Assembly (NCBI GenBank): GCA_041659065.1
Contig: JBAZYY010000001.1
Span: forward strand, 163,124 to 227,123
Source of the DNA: Parcubacteria group bacterium
Lineage (GTDB): Bacteria > Patescibacteriota > Minisyncoccia > Moranbacterales > UBA11712
Length of the DNA: 64,000 bases
Direction: 5' to 3'
The notes beneath the pieces were generated by a model. That model did no database searches. It saw nothing but the letters and a program-made list of their open reading frames with translations, and was not told the origin of the DNA. This document shows positions 56,987 to 64,000 of the stretch, in pieces; the first letter of the stretch is position 1, and each line of letters opens with the position of its first letter. The position numbers and the translations under genes are program-made.

Positions 56987-58393
56987 CTACGGGATAATTT
57001 GCTTATCCCCTTTTAGCGGTTCTTTGCTTTCCAAAACGCTGCCATCGGCTTTTTTTATCTTAATTTCCAATGGGACTTCACCTGATCCGGATTGTTTTTG
57101 AATAAGCAGGCTGTATGGTTTTGATTTGAAATCATCCGGAAGATCATAGTCAAGCGTAATTTTCTGACTGTCTCCGATCGGGACATAAACCAGCATTCCG
57201 AAAACTTTTTTCCCAAGTTCATTCGCGAATACCACATCTCCGATTTGTCCGCTGGCGGAGTTAAGCCGCGATCCATCCGGGGCATACACCCGCAGCCAAT
57301 CCCGATAGTTTGCCGTCATCCAATCGGCTGTACGGCAAGTATGCTCATAGTTAATCTCGAGATGCGCCTTGGGCGTCTCGCCCGCCAGGTCGACTTCATA
57401 TCGCATTTCCCTCTTGATGCAAATGTCGCTCTTCAGTGAATTTAGATTCGCATCCACCGCCATGAGATAATCTTCTTTGCTTTCCGCCGTTCGCCCGCCC
57501 CAATTGATGTTTTGAATTTCCGTGTCCAAATTATTATCCTTGAAAAACATCTGAATATCTTTGGCTTTAATGTGTTCTTCGATAATCTTGGCGAGCTCCA
57601 CTTTCTGCGGCAGGGAAAAATTCCGGATTTTTTCCTCAAGAATTTTTGCGAGGTCTCCAAGAATATTTTTTCTCTCCCCTTTTTCTATGCCTTGGTCGAG
57701 ATATCCTTTTTCAACCTGATATTCGAGCTGCAGTATTGCCGTTTCGTCATTGTATTCTCCGGGGTATCCGTTAATTTTGACCGGACCAGTGATGGCGAGC
57801 AGCGAATTCAAGACATCTGTGTTTATCGCGATAATGCCATCGAAGTTCTCGCCGCCTTGGCCCAGTTTATAAAAATATTCCGCCTTTTCGGCATTGGTGC
57901 GAAAATCCGGCGACCAGTTCGAATCGCGCAACTTCCACGCCTGAAGTTTCAGAATTTTCGTGAGCGGCTCGGGCGGAACCTCGGTATTTGGAATCCTCAC
58001 ATCAAAATTACCCGTGTCATGCACTTCGATATCCGAAATCCTGCCACGGTTAAGCTTGATAATGCCGAAAGATCCGATAAATCCGCCTCCCGGTCGAAGC
58101 TCCATGTTATTTTGAAAGAGAACCAAAAAAGTTTGTTCGCCTGAAAAGCCGCCAGCTTTTTGATAGAGATCCGCCGCGGTTTGAAGTTCCTTTTTGCGTT
58201 CGGTACTGATTGGAAATAATCGAATCAAAGTTTTTATTCCCTCAATATCCCTATTTTTTATCTCCAGAAAAGCAAACCAGGCGAAAAGTAAAACCGCCGA
58301 TGCCGCCCAAAACACGATCCAAAAAACCGGCCCTTGCCTGTTCCGAGCTTTTTGCAGACTTACTTTAGCGGATTTTTCCTCAATTTTCGCCAT
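56987..58393 (-). CDS. DUF4012 domain protein
   Basis: FLVLFQNNMELRPGGGFIGSFG, LRDSNWSPDF, WLRVYAP, IQKQSG. Confidence 0.85.
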   Translation of the reverse strand: MAKIEEKSAKVSLQKARNRQGPVFWIVFWAASAVLLFAWFAFLEIKNRDIEGIKTLIRLFPISTERKKELQTAADLYQKAGGFSGEQTFLVLFQNNMELRPGGGFIGSFGIIKLNRGRISDIEVHDTGNFDVRIPNTEVPPEPLTKILKLQAWKLRDSNWSPDFRTNAEKAEYFYKLGQGGENFDGIIAINTDVLNSLLAITGPVKINGYPGEYNDETAILQLEYQVEKGYLDQGIEKGERKNILGDLAKILEEKIRNFSLPQKVELAKIIEEHIKAKDIQMFFKDNNLDTEIQNINWGGRTAESKEDYLMAVDANLNSLKSDICIKREMRYEVDLAGETPKAHLEINYEHTCRTADWMTANYRDWLRVYAPDGSRLNSASGQIGDVVFANELGKKVFGMLVYVPIGDSQKITLDYDLPDDFKSKPYSLLIQKQSGSGEVPLEIKIKKADGSVLESKEPLKGDKQIIP

Positions 58394-58493
58394 AAAATTC
58401 CTTGAATTTGACTCTTAAGGCTATCAAAATCATATACGCTTGTCAACAAGATTTAATTGACGCCGGCGCCTGCATTTGTTATTTATAATATGC

Positions 58494-58684
58494 GCTTATG
58501 AGCGGAGTTTGAGAAATTGCAAGGTTGAGGGGTGTCGTTCGGTCCGGGAGCGCCAACGACACGACAGCTTGAGCCATCTGGGGGAGACTGGAATACAGTT
58601 CCATTTTGGCCCGCTGTCTCTCAACCCCGCATACCTCTCCTGCTTATCAACCTCTCTCCCGATAGGCAGTCTCTGCTCATAAGC
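58494..58684 (+). ncRNA. Candidate multi-branched ncRNA (~191 nt)
   Basis: 14-bp closing stem gcttatgagcggag/ctctgctcataagc, several inner stems, TATAAT at 58484-58489. Confidence 0.55.
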
Positions 58685-58887
58685 TGTTTCTTATTGCACG
58701 CGAGGGTTATCCACAGGAATAAATTTGACAGAGTGGATAATTTTGCAATTTTAAGGTATTATTTGGATAAAGGACTTGTCTAGCAAACCTAGCAAAAACT
58801 GTTATTTTAAAATTTCTTCGTAAATCTCAAACTCCTCACGATCCAATTCGCAAATGCAGACAGGTAGCATTCTGCGCCTGATCAGCT

Positions 58888-59043
58888 GGGGAATACACTA
58901 TAAGGGAGGTGGTGGCCAGAGGAAAGTTTGGCAAGGAATCGGCTATATTTTTGGAACCCCGCTTGCGGGAGCAGTTCGGTTGGCTTTGGCCATTAATCAC
59001 CACTCAATATCGTCATCGAGCGATCCCTTGTCTGGTGTGCCCT
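58888..59043 (+). ncRNA. Candidate long irregular hairpin RNA
   Basis: Nested stems ataaggga/tcccttgt and tggtggccagag/ctttggccatta. Confidence 0.4.
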
Positions 59044-59223
59044 AGGCACCCCTTCACTTTTTATAGCAATTGACCAAAATATTTCGGTCTTTTTTTATAC
59101 CCCAAAATACAACAATACAAATTCGCTTGCAGTTATCTAGCATATTGTAAATGAATTTTCTAAAACATAAACGCTTAAAAATCTAAATCCGTCCCTTTTC
59201 TTTACATAGTAAACCAGCTCAAT

Positions 59224-59259
59224 CAAATCCTACAGTATACTGTAATACTGTAGGATTTG
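59224..59259. repeat. Perfect 15-bp inverted repeat
   Basis: caaatcctacagtat-actgta-atactgtaggatttg. Confidence 0.8.
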
Positions 59260-59397
59260 TTAATCGCATTTTAGAATGTTTTTTTCTTTTTCAAGTCAGA
59301 GTTTAAGTTCTTAAACTAAGACTTGACAAACTCGGCGTAATAATTATTATTAAGCCAATTCTTCTTTCTAGGTATGCTTCTGCATGTGGATCCGGGC

Positions 59398-59922
59398 GCC
59401 TCGGGGAGTGGAGCGCACTGGGCGCTTAACTTGCCAAAGCTACAAATTAGTTATAAGGATAAGTAAGATCGCTCCCCGAGGCAAACTCTTCAAAATTATG
59501 GGCCCTGCAAGTCAAACCTGCCCCGGTCCAGCCAGATCCTTTCCAGAGCTAGCTGGTGTGCTTGCAGGGCTCCACCCGTTCTTTAGCAAGTACAATTTGC
59601 CGAGGCATTGATATCCGACACCACCATCCTCCTTTCAAGATTTGGTAGGTAAGTCGCATATTTCTTGCCTCGGCAATCCTCAATCCCGCGCGCTAATCCT
59701 AGCGCTTTTCTTTTATGTAAATCTTTTCTATACTTTAAAAGGAGGTTTCGCAAAGATTTCGCAGAGCTGACTTCGGGGGAGGTATCAGCATAGCGAAAAA
59801 AATTTCGGGAAACCGGATCGGAAACCTCTAGGGCTCGGGATAATACCCACTATCGACTGAAAGCCTTACCCACTTTCATACAACCCGATAATGGCATTAG
59901 AACGAGCCCGTCCATTTTTTTT
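59398..59922 (+). ncRNA. Candidate structured RNA(s): five consecutive large stem-loop domains
   Basis: Closing stems 59398/59482, 59500/59572, 59597/59676, 59741/59829, 59831/59909; TTGACA at about 59323; terminator-like hairpin 59690-59714. Confidence 0.45.
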
Positions 59923-59959
59923 ACTCGCCTTGATTTTATTGAGACGATTTTTTTATACA

Positions 59960-59984
59960 AAAAAGATGCCGCGAAGCGGCACCC
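59960..59984 (-). terminator. Intrinsic terminator of ABC operon
   Basis: tgccgc-gaa-gcggca with A-run on the left. Confidence 0.65.
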
Positions 59985-60022
59985 TAAACTTTTCACTTTT
60001 AATTTTTAACTTTAAACTTTTT

Positions 60023-61357
60023 TTATTCATACCGAAGCGCGTCCAAAGCGTGGATTCGAGAGGCGCGCCGCGCCGGCATCAGCCCGGTCACAAGCCCCAA
60101 GAAGAAGATAAAAATTACAATCGCCACCACGAAATAAGAAGGTATAAAAATGAAGTTTAGGGTCGAGTGTCCGGATCTGATTGCTAGTAGGTTGAAGATA
60201 ACATTAATCACGTATGCCGTAGCGTAACCGCCCATGAAACCGATAGCACCGCCCAGAAAACTTATTATCGCCGCTTCGAACACGAACATTTTGAAGATGT
60301 CTTTTCTTTTCGCGCCAAGCGCTTTGAGAATTCCCACTTCTTTTGTGCGTTGCAGAAGCGAAACTGAGAGCGTATTGAGCATGCCCATGGCGGAAATGGA
60401 CATAATAATCGTTCCTAAAACGATCATAGCAACACGAATGATGGTAAAAAACGAGTTGATGTCATTCACAAGATCCACTACGCTCTCCGTGACAAAGCCC
60501 ATCTGCTCGACTTGCGCCCTTATTTCACCGATATTTTTGACGTCAATCTTGAGTTTTCCGGATTGAGCGCCGGATATTCCTAAATTTTTCTGAAGATAAG
60601 GAAGCGGCAAGTATAGGTAGGTACTTTGCTCGTCCGCGATCACTCCCACCACCTTAAGCTTTCCTTTTTCCGAGGTCGTGTCTTTTTCCACGTTGGCCGC
60701 TATATCCGAAGACAGAACCATGTCGAATTCCAACTCTTTGCCCAACGCGTCCGCGGGATTCGCAAATCCCAAAAATTTCGCGAGTCTGGCTGAAATGGCG
60801 GCGGTACTGCCCTCCGGATCCCAATCCGCCGCATTGCCATTGGCAAATTTCACGTTCGCCATCTCAAGATATTCTTGATTGGTGCCATAGATAATGCTGT
60901 CAGTCTGCGAGTCAGCCCAATAAACTTTGCCGCCGGTATTCATCAAGGCGGCGATTTTTTCCACTCCCGGGATAGCTTTCAGCTTTTCAATGCTTTCGTC
61001 ATTGATGACTATAAAATTCTCGAGGTTGCTATTGCTTATGTCAACCACATCAATGGAATTGTTTTTCGTGACCTCGCTCACCACTAATTTCTGGACTCCA
61101 AATCCCAGGCAAATCAAAATGGTGATTATTCCGATCCCAATGGCCACTCCGCCAATCGTGAGGAAGGAACGAAGCTTGCTTGAACGCAGATTTCGATATC
61201 CTATATAAACCAGCATCCCCAGCCGCATTTTCGAAAGCTTTGCTCTCTTTTTTTTGACTTCGGTTTTTTTCGGATCTATTTCCCCGTTTTTTGGATTTTT
61301 TGTGGGAATATCGGCAATTTTAGATTTTTTTGAGAATGGATTTAGATTCATTTTCAA
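60023..61357 (-). CDS. ABC transporter permease (MacB/FtsX family)
   Basis: RSFLTIGGVAIG, QRTKEVGILKALGA, PARRASRIHALDALRYE. Confidence 0.92.
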   Translation of the reverse strand: MKMNLNPFSKKSKIADIPTKNPKNGEIDPKKTEVKKKRAKLSKMRLGMLVYIGYRNLRSSKLRSFLTIGGVAIGIGIITILICLGFGVQKLVVSEVTKNNSIDVVDISNSNLENFIVINDESIEKLKAIPGVEKIAALMNTGGKVYWADSQTDSIIYGTNQEYLEMANVKFANGNAADWDPEGSTAAISARLAKFLGFANPADALGKELEFDMVLSSDIAANVEKDTTSEKGKLKVVGVIADEQSTYLYLPLPYLQKNLGISGAQSGKLKIDVKNIGEIRAQVEQMGFVTESVVDLVNDINSFFTIIRVAMIVLGTIIMSISAMGMLNTLSVSLLQRTKEVGILKALGAKRKDIFKMFVFEAAIISFLGGAIGFMGGYATAYVINVIFNLLAIRSGHSTLNFIFIPSYFVVAIVIFIFFLGLVTGLMPARRASRIHALDALRYE

Positions 61358-61378
61358 AATGCATAAAAATTATTAGAT

Positions 61379-62395
61379 TCAGCTTTTTACGATTTTTCCG
61401 TCCACCATTTGAACCAAACGATTGGCATATTTGTATTGATCTTGGTTATGCGTCACCATCAGGATTGTGATATTAAACCGCTCGTTGAACTCCTTGAAAA
61501 GCTCCATTATTTCCGCGCCCGATTTTTGGTCAAGATTCCCAGTCGGCTCATCCGCGATAATAAATTTTGGGTTAAGCAGGAGCGACCGGGCCATCGCGAT
61601 TTTTTGCTGTTCTCCTCCGGAAAGGTCATACGGCCGATTGTCCGCGCGATGCTCCATATTTACCAACTGAATCAATTTGGCCGCCTTTTCCATAGCTGAG
61701 CTGAACGATTCTCCCTTGATCGTCGCGGGTATGGCCAGATTTTCAATAACCGAAAAAGATTTTACCCAAAAGGATTGCTGCGGAATAAAGCCGATATATC
61801 TGTTCCGAAAATCAGCTCTCCAGTTTTTCCCCTCCGTCCAAATATCCTTATCTTCTATAAAAACCTTCCCGCTGCTCGGCTCTTCAAGTCCGTAGATAAC
61901 ATGCAGAAGTGTTGATTTCCCGCAACCGGAAGGCCCTACCAGCATCACGAAGTCTCCCTGATCAACTTTAAAACTGACATCTTTCAAAATATTCACTATA
62001 GTATCGCCAAGTTCAAAATCCTTAATCACATTTTCAACGCTAATAATTTCCGATTTTCCCGACCGGCCTTCATAATTATGACTCAGATATTCTTCAATTT
62101 CTTTTTTGGTCAACTGCGGATTTTGTTCTCTTGCGCTTTGAACTTCTTCTTTTGGCTTTTTAACTTCGCTCACGGTTTCAGCTTTTTTTTCAGGTTTATT
62201 GCCAAAAAGAGATTTCAGCCATGAGTCTTTCTTTTTTTTATCAGACTCATAGCGAGTTCCAGTGCTTAAAAATTTATTTGGTTTGTACCGGGCAGCTGCT
62301 TTCTCGGGCAACTTTCCGTTTTGATCCGCGCCCAGCTTTTGCCAGTAATTTGTGAGCGGACTGGTCGGTTTATTTTTTATATTTTTATTATCCAC
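61379..62395 (-). CDS. ABC transporter ATP-binding protein (LolD/MacB-like) with N-terminal extension
   Basis: GPSGCGKST, LSGGEQQ, IIADEPTGNLD, VTHN. Confidence 0.92.
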   Translation of the reverse strand: MDNKNIKNKPTSPLTNYWQKLGADQNGKLPEKAAARYKPNKFLSTGTRYESDKKKKDSWLKSLFGNKPEKKAETVSEVKKPKEEVQSAREQNPQLTKKEIEEYLSHNYEGRSGKSEIISVENVIKDFELGDTIVNILKDVSFKVDQGDFVMLVGPSGCGKSTLLHVIYGLEEPSSGKVFIEDKDIWTEGKNWRADFRNRYIGFIPQQSFWVKSFSVIENLAIPATIKGESFSSAMEKAAKLIQLVNMEHRADNRPYDLSGGEQQKIAMARSLLLNPKFIIADEPTGNLDQKSGAEIMELFKEFNERFNITILMVTHNQDQYKYANRLVQMVDGKIVKS

Positions 62396-62408
62396 AATAT
62401 TGAAATTA

Positions 62409-64000
62409 TTATTTTTTCCCGAATAAAGTTCCTAGCCAGCCGAATTGGCGCGAGAACGTCCCGGTCACTATTTCCGCCGCGTTAGCTTTGTTGTCTTCGA
62501 CTACGATAGTGTTTGGTTTGGCCAGAGTTTGATTTCGCGCCATATCATACGCTTCCGCCTGATAGCTATAGACTTGGCCCGCCTCCACGGGAATAGTGAT
62601 CATATGATAGGTATTGGCCGCATCCTCCGTTGTGTTTTGGTCAAAACCCGAGACTGTCACGCCCTTGCTGTAATTTATTTTCACAGCCGTAAGTTCGTTG
62701 GTTTCGATTTTGATGTATACCGTAGCCTGGGCGTCTTTTCCTCGCCCGTTCACTTTCCCGACCGCGCGATTTACAATAACTTCTGGAGGCCGGCTGTCGG
62801 AGCGAGTGGTGACTTTGATTGTCTGCGATAGCGCTTCCACTCCGGTTCCGCTGATTCCCGATAAAATCATTTCATATTCTTTGGCCGGCTCAAGGCCTTC
62901 TATCGTGGCCTTGTGCTCCGTCACGCTGTCATTCGTTAGATAATTATGATATGAGCCTTCGTCATTTGACTTGAATTTGATCAGCGTCGTCGTAGACTCA
63001 TCAGTTTTGTACGAAACATCCACCGTTGGGATATCGACGTTTTCCTTGTTTTCAACCTGCGGTTCCGACACGACTGGCTGGCGCAACGTGGTAAAAGTAT
63101 ATTCATCCGATGAAAATATATTTCCATCCCCATCAGTGCAATCCGCCATCACGTTATAGGTTGTCGAACTTTCAAGACCGTCCAACATTTCCATGTGGCT
63201 AGTCGCGGATGCTGTTTCTTCAATCGTCGAGGTATAAGCGCCTATTCCATACTTGATCGTGCAAACCGCTCCTGCGTTTGTTTTGAACCCGATGTGAGCC
63301 GAATTCAAAGCGACATCCGAAACCGCGAATTCAGAGATGGTCGGTGGCGGCAGGGTCGTTAAACTATCAACTTCTGAAGTGCCGATATTACCATCCGGAT
63401 CAATAAATTTTACGCGATAGAAATATTTCGTATCCGCCTCAAGTCCTTTCACTAAAACTTCATGGTCAGTCAGGGAATCAACCTGCCCGGTAGTCTCGCC
63501 CAGCTTAATTGTTTTTCCATATTCCACGAAAGAACTACAAACACGATTCGTCGCCCAGCTAAAAGTCGCCTGGTAAGACTGGACCGTGGTCGAGGGTTGC
63601 TGCACGATTTTCGGCGCAGTCGTGTAGCGTCCGGTCGGAGTGAGGCTCACCGTTGAAGAAGCAATTGAATAATTATTAGTTTTGTCTTTTGCTTTGACGT
63701 AATAATAATAAAGTTTGCTTTCAAGACCCGTATCCACAAAAGCCGAGCCGGTCGTCATTGCCATCTCAGCGAAGGTCGCGTTGTCTTCCGAGCGAAAAAT
63801 TGCGTATCCGGCGAAGTTTGAGGTGTCGATTCCCTCGGGTGTGCTCCATTTGACCGCTACGCTGTATTCCTGCGACTCGCGGTCGGAAGTGTCAAAGGCC
63901 TGCACATTTACGGGAACCGGCGGATTAGCCGTATCCGCCGTAAATTCGACTGAAGAGTAGAGGCTGTAGTCAATATTTCCCGATTCATCTTTAGCGACAA
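62409..64000 (-). CDS. Large fibronectin type III repeat surface protein (5' end beyond window)
   Basis: Repeated W.T....S.VEYG / H.V.L.GL...T.Y.Y modules; frame stays open to the window edge. Confidence 0.85.
   Translation of the reverse strand, partial: VAKDESGNIDYSLYSSVEFTADTANPPVPVNVQAFDTSDRESQEYSVAVKWSTPEGIDTSNFAGYAIFRSEDNATFAEMAMTTGSAFVDTGLESKLYYYYVKAKDKTNNYSIASSTVSLTPTGRYTTAPKIVQQPSTTVQSYQATFSWATNRVCSSFVEYGKTIKLGETTGQVDSLTDHEVLVKGLEADTKYFYRVKFIDPDGNIGTSEVDSLTTLPPPTISEFAVSDVALNSAHIGFKTNAGAVCTIKYGIGAYTSTIEETASATSHMEMLDGLESSTTYNVMADCTDGDGNIFSSDEYTFTTLRQPVVSEPQVENKENVDIPTVDVSYKTDESTTTLIKFKSNDEGSYHNYLTNDSVTEHKATIEGLEPAKEYEMILSGISGTGVEALSQTIKVTTRSDSRPPEVIVNRAVGKVNGRGKDAQATVYIKIETNELTAVKINYSKGVTVSGFDQNTTEDAANTYHMITIPVEAGQVYSYQAEAYDMARNQTLAKPNTIVVEDNKANAAEIVTGTFSRQFGWLGTLFGKK

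Noticed and set aside
58919-58930. RNase P RNA (GAGGAAAGT)
   Set aside because: Lacks the following CC-GG-C continuation and the conserved 3' P4 strand.
58476-59611. Short ORFs in the gene-free region
   Set aside because: No homology cues or convincing RBS; they overlap extensive base-paired structure.
16290-62396. Replication origin from TTATCCACA boxes (16290, 29209, 58707, 62388)
   Set aside because: Boxes are isolated, not clustered, and there is no dnaA/dnaN nearby.

Overview
AT-rich bacterial chromosome segment. Gene content (DUF4012, PEGA protein, FtsA-like next to a baseplate-J-like protein, sortase, membrane-anchored Clp ATPase, many orphan ORFs) suggests Patescibacteria/CPR, probably Parcubacteria; this is inference. 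The housekeeping backbone includes ispH, valS, pheST, tsf-rpsB, rpmE, prfA-prmC, the infA-rpmJ-rpsMKD-rpoA-rplQ-rplM-rpsI cluster, dTDP-rhamnose (rfb) genes, cell-wall genes and an ABC exporter. Four parts stand out. (1) An island at about 9.9-19.1 kb is bounded by a duplicated gene start; its left part is an array of genes and truncated gene fragments separated by two families of covarying DNA hairpins. (2) A tRNA-Tyr locus carries a 35-nt double-hairpin inserted exactly in the anticodon, with tandem small GIY-YIG nuclease genes, split tRNA halves and one intact tRNA. (3) A candidate structured RNA is convergent with a DUF3800 gene, and a 1.6-kb gene-free region (58.4-60.0 kb) is full of long stems. 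(4) Inverted heptamer-repeat elements are dispersed through the window and linked to a four-helix-bundle gene. All family calls come from motif recognition by eye, not from database searches.
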